From positions 192,001 to 256,000 of the forward strand of contig CAWAOD010000003.1 in NCBI GenBank assembly GCA_963783575.1: DNA of 64,000 bases, in the 5' to 3' direction. Positions 20,609 through 30,051 of this stretch are shown here, piece after piece. Every line of letters starts with the position of its first letter. The stretch's first letter is position 1. The translations under genes were made by a program, and so were the position numbers. The notes under the pieces are model-generated. The model ran no database searches, was not told the DNA's origin, and worked only from the letters and a program-made list of their open reading frames with translations. The DNA is from an uncultured Spirochaetota bacterium (GTDB lineage Bacteria > Spirochaetota > Brevinematia > Brevinematales > JAOACQ01).

Positions 20609-21397
20609 TTAATATACCTTCTTCCTGATTATTTGCATAATAATTGAGAGTGTAATAATGACCATTCCTGTGATCACCGCAGCTATAACGGCCTGCGCAG
20701 GAATACCAGGATTGGCGAGCCTCTTTAGCAGTATTCCCAGCAATGCCCAGTCCACAACAAGCGCATAAAATATATCTTTACGCTTATATACCATGATCAA
20801 CGCCAGAGCAATACCTGCCAGAATAACAATAATCGTCCAGAACTGTTCGCTCAGACCAAAACGGTTCCAGTTTATTTTTACCAGAAAAGCAGTTACATTT
20901 GCGATAGTCGCTATTGATATCCAGCCTGAATAAACGCTGACAGGCAGGTGGATCAAATACTTTTCACCGGCGCCAGCGGTTGATATTCCAATCCGCAATC
21001 TCTGATAGATAACAATCAGGCTCAATAAAAGCAGTACCATTAAAAGAAGCGAAAGTGCCACATTTTCATAGTGCCAGGCAAAAATCCAGCCTGCGTTTGC
21101 AAGGGAACTTATCAAATAAAAAACATCGATTTTGTCTAAATATGAAGGCTCATCCTCACTGGAGCGGAAGGCTGAAACTAATAAAAATACGCTGAAAATA
21201 AGCAGTAAAATGTAAATTACTCCCCAGACTGCAAATGTCAAACCGGCCGGAACAAACAGATTGGAGTATTTATCCGATAAGGCCCCGGTATTCTTGTCGT
21301 TTATCGGCAAAATATTAGCGAGGGCATTCACCGTTACCATAAAAATAAATCCCAGCATGTTTATTAACGCCCAGACTATCCTTTTTGTCTTTCTCAT
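20609..21397 (-). CDS. TspO/MBR-related membrane protein
   Basis: PAGLTFAVWGVIY, NAGWIFAWH and SVYSGWISIATIAN motifs; about 8 TM segments; ATG follows GAGGAGG. Confidence 0.8.
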   Translation of the reverse strand: MRKTKRIVWALINMLGFIFMVTVNALANILPINDKNTGALSDKYSNLFVPAGLTFAVWGVIYILLLIFSVFLLVSAFRSSEDEPSYLDKIDVFYLISSLANAGWIFAWHYENVALSLLLMVLLLLSLIVIYQRLRIGISTAGAGEKYLIHLPVSVYSGWISIATIANVTAFLVKINWNRFGLSEQFWTIIVILAGIALALIMVYKRKDIFYALVVDWALLGILLKRLANPGIPAQAVIAAVITGMVIITLSIIMQIIRKKVY

Positions 21398-21504
21398 TTG
21401 ATGATTCCTCCTCTGGCTATTCTTATACATATATAAATTTTATTTTATTCCAGTAATTAACTCAATTATTATTAAACCTGGGTTAAATAATTTCTGATTT
21501 ACTA

Positions 21505-21561
21505 TTGACAGAATAATTATTGTAATTTATAATATACATATTATATTTGTTTATATGTATA
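21505..21561 (+). promoter_or_regulatory. Consensus sigma70 promoter followed by candidate TetR operator
   Basis: TTGACA-17 bp-TATAAT (21505..21533), then dyad TATACATA...TATGTATA. Confidence 0.7.
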
Positions 21562-21583
21562 AGTAATTTAAGGATAATTAATT

Positions 21584-22186
21584 ATGAGAGCCATTAACGA
21601 GGAAGAAAGGGGATTTATACAGCAAAAACTTTTGTTTAAAGGCAGGGATATTTTTGCGCAGTTCGGAATAAAAAAAACCACTATAAGGCAGCTATCCAGA
21701 GCCGCTGGTATATCCAGCGGAAGTTTTTACATGTATTTTGAATCGAAAGAGGAATTATTTTTTCAGATATTAACCCTGGAAATAAATAACACAATTAATG
21801 GAAACATGGAAATTATGTCTTCTCATTCTTATGAACCTGGAATTATGATAAAGATGATTATAAAGAAAGCTGTCAGTAATTTTGAACAGAATCCTATACT
21901 AAAAATATTATTAATCCGGGAAGAATTTGAACTGCTGCATCAGAAGTTTTCTTCAAGATCAAAGGAAATGCGGGACATCCTGATTAATTTAGTTTCTAAA
22001 TGGAATGAAATGGGAATTTTGATTTCAGAGGATTCGGATGTATTGGCTGGAGCCATAAGAGCATTGCTTTTTATGACTTTTCATAAAGAAGAAATCGGGA
22101 TAAATAATTTCGAGAGAAGCATGGAATTATTGATCGATTTTACAGCAAAAGGGATTGTAAAAGAATCAAAGGAGGAATCATTATGA
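21584..22186 (+). CDS. TetR/AcrR family regulator
   Basis: GIKKTTIRQLSRAAGISSGSFYMYFESKEELF HTH. Confidence 0.92.
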   Translation: MRAINEEERGFIQQKLLFKGRDIFAQFGIKKTTIRQLSRAAGISSGSFYMYFESKEELFFQILTLEINNTINGNMEIMSSHSYEPGIMIKMIIKKAVSNFEQNPILKILLIREEFELLHQKFSSRSKEMRDILINLVSKWNEMGILISEDSDVLAGAIRALLFMTFHKEEIGINNFERSMELLIDFTAKGIVKESKEESL

Positions 22187-22713
22187 ATATCACAGCCGTA
22201 TCGTTTAACAGCAATTCGGTTTTTAATTTTCCAATAGTTTTTCTGTTTTGGGGTGTTGTTATCACTTACGTTTTACATGTTTTTGAGGAAACAATTCTAC
22301 CCGAAATTTTTGTTGAAAAAGTTAAGAGGCTATACTGGCCTCAGTATAGCTGGAATAAATTTTTTTGGTTTAATACATTTATCCTTATTATAAATATAAG
22401 CGCCGTTCTTTGTTTTGAAGGTATGGGAGGTAAATGGATTATATTTCCTTTAGTTATGGCGGCTGAAAGATTTTTCAACGGTCTTTATCATTTATTTGAG
22501 ACAATTTTAACAAAGAAATTTTCTTCGGGTTTATTTTCATCAATAATACACTGGATAATTTGCTATATGATAATCCGTTATGCACTTTTACCAGGAGAAA
22601 TAAGAATTAATTATTTTTTACCTGCTGTTATCACCGGTTTTTGCATATCGTTTTTAATGATTGGTTATTTGATTTTAATAAAAGTTGTCAATAAAACCAA
22701 AACTGTAAAATAA
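22183..22713 (+). CDS. HXXEE domain membrane protein
   Basis: LHVFEE motif; multiple TM segments. Confidence 0.82.
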   Translation: MNITAVSFNSNSVFNFPIVFLFWGVVITYVLHVFEETILPEIFVEKVKRLYWPQYSWNKFFWFNTFILIINISAVLCFEGMGGKWIIFPLVMAAERFFNGLYHLFETILTKKFSSGLFSSIIHWIICYMIIRYALLPGEIRINYFLPAVITGFCISFLMIGYLILIKVVNKTKTVK

Positions 22714-22719
22714 AATAAA

Positions 22720-23094
22720 ATGAAATTCTCTATTTTTTATTTCAGTGGCACTGGAAATACAAAATGGGCTGTTGAAGAATTCTGTAGAATGGCATTTGAG
22801 TTGGGACATCAGGCAGAAATGCTATCAATCGAAGATAATTCACTTCTTGATAATATAATTATAAAGAATATTTTGCATTCTCCGGGTATAACCGGGTTTG
22901 CATATCCGATCATCGGAGCCGACATGCCTTTAATTATGAAAAGGTTCCTGGATAGTCTCAGGCCAATGATGGAAAAGGAATCATCAAAACCTTCTTTCGT
23001 TTTAACAACGGCTGGATTTGTTAACGGATTCGGCCCATATACGGCAGGAAAAATTCTCAAAATAACAGGATTCAATAATTCTGCGGGAAGGTAA
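22720..23094 (+). pseudogene. Flavodoxin-domain (EFR1-like) protein, probably C-terminally truncated
   Basis: YFSGTGNT and GFAYP motifs; ends at 124 aa without the usual ferredoxin Cys motifs. Confidence 0.6.
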
Positions 23095-23220
23095 ATACGC
23101 CGATCCTGTTTTGTATAAACGTTATCTTGGTCCGGATAAAGGCTATAAAATATAATCATAATTGACAAATAACAATTGATTTATTAATCTTTATTGATGA
23201 TGGATTTCAGAGGAGTAGTT

Positions 23221-24265
23221 ATGGAAGAAAACATACTGGAAGATATCTATTATGACGATTCGGACGTTCAATATAGCGCCGTTAATGACGAATCTATCCG
23301 GGATGATATTCTGCTCGATGCATATTCGAAGACGGTAATCACCGCATCGAATAAGATCAGCCGGGCTGTAGTTCATATTATGGTTTTTCATGACAATTCC
23401 AAAAATGGAAGGCCTAATGACAATCCTGGGCAGGAACCCGACGGAAGCGGGTCCGGCTTTTTATTTACACCTGACGGTTTTATTATGACAAACAGTCATG
23501 TCGATACATGATGCAGTAAAAATAAACGTTGTACTTACCGATGGCCACCGTTATGAAGCATCTGTTGTCGGGGATGATCCGGATACCGATCTGGCAGTTA
23601 TTCGGGTTCCGGAATCAGGGTTCAAACCGGCCAGGTTTGGCGATTCGGGAAGTATCAAAGTCGGACAGATCGCAATAGCAATCGGAAATCCTTACGGGTT
23701 TCAAAGTACAGTAACTGCAGGGGTTGTCAGTGCTTTGGGACGGTCATTTTATTCCAAGAATGGCAGGCTTATCGACAATATAATCCAGACCGATGCGGCT
23801 CTAAATCCCGGAAATTCCGGAGGCCCCCTCCTGAATTCAAACGGGGAAGTTATAGGCGTCAATACGGCGGTAATCATGCAGGCGCAGGGGCTCTGTTTTG
23901 CAATACCGAGCAATACGGCAAAATACGTGGCTTCTTTATTAATGAAAAACGGGAAGATTAAACGCGGCTATATCGGAATCGGGGGACAGAATGTACCTGT
24001 CCATAAACGAATTGTCAGATATTTTCAGCTCCCGGTTGAAAACGGCGTTTTAATTATTGAGCTTGATAACAATGGAGCCGCAAAAGCTTCCGGTTTAAGG
24101 GATGGGGACATTATCATAGAAATGGACAATAATCCCGTGACCTCCATGGATGATCTGCATAAGCTGCTTACTGAGGACAGCATTGGAAGAAGCAGTAACA
24201 TTACTGTTATCCGCTATAATGAAAAACTGTCGTTTAACATTGTTCCGGGTGAGTCAAAATTGTAA
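23221..24265 (+). CDS. HtrA/DegP-type trypsin-like serine protease with PDZ domain, +1 frameshift near 23503
   Basis: GSGSGF..TNSHV in one [23 protein letters not shown] and PDZ in the next; removing one G restores TNSHVIHDA. Confidence 0.88.
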
Positions 24266-24303
24266 GCATTTCCTATATTATAATTTTACCTATCCCAAAA
24301 ATA

Positions 24304-24332
24304 TTGATAAATAGAAACTTACATTTTATAAT
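24304..24332 (+). promoter_or_regulatory. Sigma70-type promoter
   Basis: TTGATA-17 bp-TATAAT upstream of the Lrp gene. Confidence 0.55.
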
Positions 24333-24359
24333 CTGATCATTAATAATTAGGGGTTAATT

Positions 24360-24842
24360 ATGATGCAGGAACTTCTTGAATTGCTGGAAAAAAACAGCCG
24401 TTTAACTACGGCAGAGCTTGCTGTTATGCTGGGAAAAACCGAAGATGAAATCCGGCAGGCAGTCGGTCAATATGAAAAAGAGAAGATTATCCTCAGTTAT
24501 AATACAATGATCGATTGGGACAAAACAGACAGGGAAAGCATAACCGCGCTGATTGAAGTAAAGGTTATTCCGCAAAGGGGCTTTGGTTTTGACAAGGTTG
24601 CGGAAAGGATCTACCAGTATTCCGACGTAAAGGCATGTTATTTAATGTCCGGCGGTTTTGACCTTACTGTTATTATTGAAGGAAAAACAATGAAGGAAGT
24701 CGCATATTTTGTTGCGGAAAAACTAGCCCCGATGGAATATGTCCAGAGTACGGCTACCCATTTTGTCCTTAAGAAATATAAAGATAACGGCGTTATTTTT
24801 GAAGAGAAATCTTCAGACGACAGGGAGCCTGTCGTTTTATGA
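24360..24842 (+). CDS. Lrp/AsnC family regulator
   Basis: N-terminal HTH; YLMSGGFDL RAM-domain motif. Confidence 0.9.
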   Translation: MMQELLELLEKNSRLTTAELAVMLGKTEDEIRQAVGQYEKEKIILSYNTMIDWDKTDRESITALIEVKVIPQRGFGFDKVAERIYQYSDVKACYLMSGGFDLTVIIEGKTMKEVAYFVAEKLAPMEYVQSTATHFVLKKYKDNGVIFEEKSSDDREPVVL

Positions 24843-26008
24843 ATATTTCGGATATGATATCGCCGGTTGTTAAAAACACCCCTCCTTCCGGTATTCGAAA
24901 ATTCTTCGACCTGGTTAACGAGATGAAGGATGCAATATCGCTTTCAATCGGAGAACCGGATTTTATTACTCCATGGAAAATACGGGAAGCCGGAATATAT
25001 TCATTGGAACAGGGACATACCCATTATTCTCCCAATGCCGGATTTATAGAACTGAGGATTGAAATATGCAGTTATTTAAAAAGAAGATTTCATCTCGATT
25101 ATGACCCGAAAAACCAGGTTATAGTAACTGTCGGCGGAAGCGAGGGCATTGATATCGCGCTCAGGTCGATTGCCGGAGCCGGCGATGAAGTTATAATTCC
25201 CGAACCGAGTTTTGTTTCTTATAAGCCATGCTCTGTATTTACAGGTGCCACTCCTGTAGTTATTGATCTGAAAGCGGAAGATCAATTCCGTTTAACACCG
25301 GAGCTTTTATCAAAGGCTATCACTCCAAAGACAAAAGTTCTTATACTTCCATTCCCTAATAATCCGACAGGCGCTATTATGACTAAAAAAGACCTTGAAA
25401 AGATAGTTGAAGTAATAGCGGATAAAAATATAATAGTCATTTCCGATGAAATTTACGCCGAATTGACTTATGACGGCAAACACACATCCATTGCAGAATT
25501 CCCCGGGATAAAAGACAGAACCATTCTAATAAACGGTTTTTCAAAAGCCTACGCGATGACGGGCTGGCGTCTCGGATATGTCTGCGGACACCCCGATCTG
25601 ATCACGGCTATGTATAAAGTCCATCAATACGCACTGATGTGCTCTCCTACAATGGCGCAGCATGCCGCTGTTGAGGCTCTCCGTAACGGCGATGATGAAA
25701 TCTTGGCAATGACAAAAGAGTATAATTACCGAAGGCGGGTAATGATTGACGGTTTTCGTAAATCCGGCCTGGAGTGTTTTGAGCCTCTCGGCGCTTTTTA
25801 CACTTTCCCCTGTATTAAATCAACCGGGCTTTCATCGGAATATTTTTGTGAAAGACTCCTTTTGGAGGAAAAAGTGGCTGTTGTCCCCGGAACGGCATTC
25901 GGGCAAAGCGGCGAAGGATTTGTAAGGGCATGCTATGCTTATTCCATTGATAATATCCGGGAAGCCTTAAAAAGGATAGGAAATTTCACATCAAAACTAA
26001 AAAAATAA
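24839..26008 (+). CDS. Class I/II PLP aminotransferase
   Basis: GEPDF, PNNPTG, SDEIY and FSKAYAMTGWRLG motifs. Confidence 0.95.
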   Translation: MNISDMISPVVKNTPPSGIRKFFDLVNEMKDAISLSIGEPDFITPWKIREAGIYSLEQGHTHYSPNAGFIELRIEICSYLKRRFHLDYDPKNQVIVTVGGSEGIDIALRSIAGAGDEVIIPEPSFVSYKPCSVFTGATPVVIDLKAEDQFRLTPELLSKAITPKTKVLILPFPNNPTGAIMTKKDLEKIVEVIADKNIIVISDEIYAELTYDGKHTSIAEFPGIKDRTILINGFSKAYAMTGWRLGYVCGHPDLITAMYKVHQYALMCSPTMAQHAAVEALRNGDDEILAMTKEYNYRRRVMIDGFRKSGLECFEPLGAFYTFPCIKSTGLSSEYFCERLLLEEKVAVVPGTAFGQSGEGFVRACYAYSIDNIREALKRIGNFTSKLKK

Positions 26009-26018
26009 AGGAATAACA

Positions 26019-26975
26019 TTATGAATTTTTTTTGATAAGGTTTGCAAGTTCATAGCGGTTTTTTGCACCGGTCTTTTCATAAATATTGTGGATGTGGTTT
26101 TTGACAGTCCCCGGAGATATGAATAATTTTTCACCGATATCCGAATTTCCCTTCCCCTGAATTATTAGGCAGACAATCTCGCTTTCCCTCACAGAGATAC
26201 CATATTGTTTTTTGAAATTTTCCGATAGGGTAATCCCTGAAACTTCCAGAAATTTACTGCCGCTGCCAACGGATGGAACGAACATATATTTTGCTGAATA
26301 TACAATGCTGAATATGCTCCAGAATAAATAAAAAACCGGCATAAAATTGATATATCGTGGAATAATCTTTAATTTTTCCTGGAATAATTTCCAGTAACCG
26401 TCAAGAATAAAAGCGGGAAGGAATATTATCAAAAGTAAAAGTCCTGCCCGCAGGATTATTTTAGCCCTGTTATTCTTAATATTTCTATAATTAAATATTG
26501 CAAAAAGGATTGTATATAAATAAACGCCGAAAAAAAGATTTATATAAATATTGTAGAGTAAAAACCAGAAAAGGTCCAAAAGCCTATTCCGATCACTTAT
26601 TAAAATCAGGGGGATCAGTATAAAAAAAAGAGATATACCGCCCGCTGTTCCGAAGACGATTTTCTTCCATAATTCGAAATGTTTTCCTATCAATTGATGT
26701 ACAACATACGGTCCTTCAAAAATAAGTGATCCGAATGTCAGTAAAAAAATCATAGAAAAGAATATATGTAAAGTATTATTTTGAAAATCTGCGATTGATG
26801 TGATGTAAAAATAGAATGTATTTGTAATGACAAGGATTGATAAGAGCATATAAAAAATGAAGAAATGTAGTACGATTTTGATTCGTGTTTTTAAATAAAT
26901 CATTAATGATATTACCAGTCCGATCAATCCGGTTGAAAACGCTATGACATAATAAAATGTAACCAGGTGTTTCAT
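26019..26975 (-). CDS. Membrane-anchored LuxR-family regulator
   Basis: About 7 TM segments plus C-terminal RESEI..LFISPGTVKNHIHNIYEK HTH. Confidence 0.88.
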   Translation of the reverse strand: MKHLVTFYYVIAFSTGLIGLVISLMIYLKTRIKIVLHFFIFYMLLSILVITNTFYFYITSIADFQNNTLHIFFSMIFLLTFGSLIFEGPYVVHQLIGKHFELWKKIVFGTAGGISLFFILIPLILISDRNRLLDLFWFLLYNIYINLFFGVYLYTILFAIFNYRNIKNNRAKIILRAGLLLLIIFLPAFILDGYWKLFQEKLKIIPRYINFMPVFYLFWSIFSIVYSAKYMFVPSVGSGSKFLEVSGITLSENFKKQYGISVRESEIVCLIIQGKGNSDIGEKLFISPGTVKNHIHNIYEKTGAKNRYELANLIKKNS

Positions 26976-27328
26976 ATTAAATCCTGATATTTATTAAAAT
27001 TTCCGGTAATTAATCAAAACCGGACCGGAGGTTAATTTCAATAATTCATTTATTGATACATAAGCAGTTCGGAAATCTCATTAAAACCAATTTTAATAAA
27101 ACGGAACTGTGGGCAGTTTCAAATGCCTTTAAGTATTTGTAACTAAATATGGTATAAAGACAAAAACTTCTTCTATATTATAGTAATGTAAAAATTTTCT
27201 GTCAAACCATTCACTTCACTATTACTTTCTTAACCGGTCGATTTTTAAAAACTTTTTTTTGCGAAAAATGCGGCTTAATGGTATTATATCTGTAGCCGAT
27301 AAGATTCAAAAGGAAAGGAGGGCATTAG

Positions 27329-28513
27329 ATGGTTAAAAATATCAGTGAAGGATTCTCAACAAAGGCTGTTCATGCCGGAGAAATTCGCTATAATGAATAC
27401 GGTTCGATAACAACTCCCATTGTTCAAAGTTCAACCTTTATATTTAAGAATACAAAAGAGATAGGCGAACTTGCAAAAGGCGCGAAGAACAGGTATGAAT
27501 ACGGCAGGTACGGCCATCCGACTCAGCTGGCTGCAGAGAGAAAACTTGCAGCACTGGAAGGAGCCGAAGACGCGGTTCTATTTTCAACCGGTATGAGCGC
27601 TATAACAACAACCCTCTTTGCAATGCTCAATGCAGGAGATCATGTTATTCTTACGGATGACGCATATAAGCGGACGATAGATTTCTGCAAAACAAGGCTG
27701 CAAAAATTCAATATCGAATGCTCCATAGTTAAAATGTGCGATTACGAAGCTATTGAAGCCGCAATAAAAAAGAATACCAGAATCTTCATTTCCGAATCTC
27801 CTACAAACCCTTACCTTAACATTATGGATCTGAAACGGCTTATGGGCATTTTTAAAAAACATCCCGGTATAACCGTTATATCTGACAGTACTTTCGCGAC
27901 ACCTTTTAACCAGAGACCGCTTGAATACGGTATACACCTCGTAGTGCATAGCGCCACCAAGTATTTTGGCGGTCATAACGATCTTCTGGCCGGGGTTGTG
28001 CTGGGTAAAAAGGGTCTTACCGATCCCATCCGTGATTTTCTTAAAACTACAGGCGGCGTTATAGATCCGCATTCCGCATATTTATTGATACGAGGATTGA
28101 AAACATTTGAATTGCGGATGATACGGCATAATGAAAACGGACAGAAAATTGCAGAATTTCTGGAATCAAATCCGAAGATCAACAGGGTTTACTACCCCGG
28201 GCTGCCCAGCCACCCGCATTATAAAGTAGCAAAAGAGCAGATGAGCGGATTCGGCGGTGTAGTCACTTTCGAGATGAAGGAAGACATTCAATATGTACAT
28301 AAATTTTTAAGTTCACTGAAAATAATCAATATCGGGCCAAGTCTTGGCGGTGTTGAGTCATTAATAACTCATCCGGCTTCAATAAGTTATTATGATTATA
28401 CCCGGGAGGAACGCCTTAAAATCGGCATCAAGGACGGATTGATAAGGCTTGCAGTGGGTGTGGAAAATGCCGAAGATATTATTAACGATATCAGGCAGGC
28501 GATTCCTGAATAA
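27329..28513 (+). CDS. Cys/Met metabolism PLP enzyme (cystathionine gamma-synthase/lyase family)
   Basis: YGRYGHPT, ESPTNP, DSTFATP, HSATKY and SLGGVESL motifs. Confidence 0.93.
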   Translation: MVKNISEGFSTKAVHAGEIRYNEYGSITTPIVQSSTFIFKNTKEIGELAKGAKNRYEYGRYGHPTQLAAERKLAALEGAEDAVLFSTGMSAITTTLFAMLNAGDHVILTDDAYKRTIDFCKTRLQKFNIECSIVKMCDYEAIEAAIKKNTRIFISESPTNPYLNIMDLKRLMGIFKKHPGITVISDSTFATPFNQRPLEYGIHLVVHSATKYFGGHNDLLAGVVLGKKGLTDPIRDFLKTTGGVIDPHSAYLLIRGLKTFELRMIRHNENGQKIAEFLESNPKINRVYYPGLPSHPHYKVAKEQMSGFGGVVTFEMKEDIQYVHKFLSSLKIINIGPSLGGVESLITHPASISYYDYTREERLKIGIKDGLIRLAVGVENAEDIINDIRQAIPE

Positions 28514-28678
28514 ATAAAAAAGGGAATGCGTCCCAAATACCATACCTCTAATTATGCATAAAGCAAAGACCAGCAGGATTAAAATGGCAAACTGCCTTTC
28601 GTCAACAGGCTCGCATTCCCAACAAAATATTTTAAAATATAATTTCGAGATTACTGCCGTTCATTTTTCGCCGATACA

Positions 28679-29890
28679 TCAATTGGTTATCTTCATTGCA
28701 AAGCCGAACATCGCCTGGAAATCGTTGTTAGTATCATATGAACTTCCATGTCCAAAGCCAAGCAATGCCATACTCAAATCCGCAGACGGGACTAATGCGC
28801 CGCCGCCGCCGGAATTTGTCGGCCTAGCAAAATAAACCACAGAGTTAAGAGGGTAATCTATAATAGCACTATCCGCTAACATAGTAGTCACGTAATTATA
28901 ATCAGCATCGTTTGTGGACGTATAAATATCCACATTTGGCCCATTGTTGGATAGAATGGCATAACCTCGTACTACATTATCCTGTGTCAAAACAGTTTCA
29001 TTTCTATTTCTACTCTGATCCAGGTACATCAGGATATATTTACCTGCATAATCCGCTGGCTGTATTTGAGTTTGTCTCAGCAGGCAGCCGAAAGAAAAGC
29101 CCGCGTCCTGGCCTAAGTCCGCTACATAAGTATAGCCGTTCGCAGAAGCCGGAATATAATTCGTGCCGACACCATTTTCCCCGGGGCTGGGGCCGTAAGT
29201 TGTATTGTTGGAATAGATAACAGTCCCGGTAAATCCGTTTGGACTGATATGCTGATTGCTGGGGTTACTTTGAAAGACAGTAACACTTGCGTTTGTGATA
29301 TAAACACCCATTTGATTTATAGAATAAAGCCCGATCTCCCATGGGTTGCTGGAATTTGTTACCTTACTTGCTAATAATTGAAAATACATACCGTTCATAT
29401 TGGTTAAACCGGCTGAGTTTGTTATCGTATTCGGAGTGAGGATGGCGAGAGCGGGTTTATAAGGTGCTCCGCCTCCTGAGCCTGTACCGATCTGAAACGT
29501 TACAGCAAGCACTTTATCCGGAATTTCAATAAAATAGGCGGCTGTACTGTTGCCGAAACCGTTCGGTAAATTAAACATACGGGAACCGTCCGGCTGAACG
29601 GTAAAATTTGCGCTCCATGAATAGCCGCGTGTCATATTGGAATAGATCAGCTGATTATTGCTATTGTCAATTACATAGCTGATAAAGTCCCCGACCGATG
29701 CGGAGCCCATATAGAGCTTGAGCTTCAAATTATTCTGTGTGGTTGGTATACTGGAAGAAGAATTGTCAGAGATCTTTGTTGAGGAACTGCTGGAGTTATT
29801 AGATGCTACACTGCAGGAATAGATAAGTAACACAACAGACGGGATTAGAATTGCTAATCCATAAAAGAAAATGGAACGTTTTTTAAACAT
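28679..29890 (-). CDS. Hypothetical lipoprotein
   Basis: Lipobox IYSC; Ser-rich linker; beta-rich body. Confidence 0.7.
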   Translation of the reverse strand: MFKKRSIFFYGLAILIPSVVLLIYSCSVASNNSSSSSTKISDNSSSSIPTTQNNLKLKLYMGSASVGDFISYVIDNSNNQLIYSNMTRGYSWSANFTVQPDGSRMFNLPNGFGNSTAAYFIEIPDKVLAVTFQIGTGSGGGAPYKPALAILTPNTITNSAGLTNMNGMYFQLLASKVTNSSNPWEIGLYSINQMGVYITNASVTVFQSNPSNQHISPNGFTGTVIYSNNTTYGPSPGENGVGTNYIPASANGYTYVADLGQDAGFSFGCLLRQTQIQPADYAGKYILMYLDQSRNRNETVLTQDNVVRGYAILSNNGPNVDIYTSTNDADYNYVTTMLADSAIIDYPLNSVVYFARPTNSGGGGALVPSADLSMALLGFGHGSSYDTNNDFQAMFGFAMKITN

Positions 29891-30051
29891 CTTAGTCTCC
29901 TTTTGATTAATTTATAAATGGTCTCTTTAGTCCATATTTAAATGGGTTTAATCATAAAAATTAAAAAGATAATTTAGTACAAATATATTACTATGTCAAG
30001 AAATAAAAAGATGAAATTTTTTTATTTATTTGAAATACGATATATAAACTG

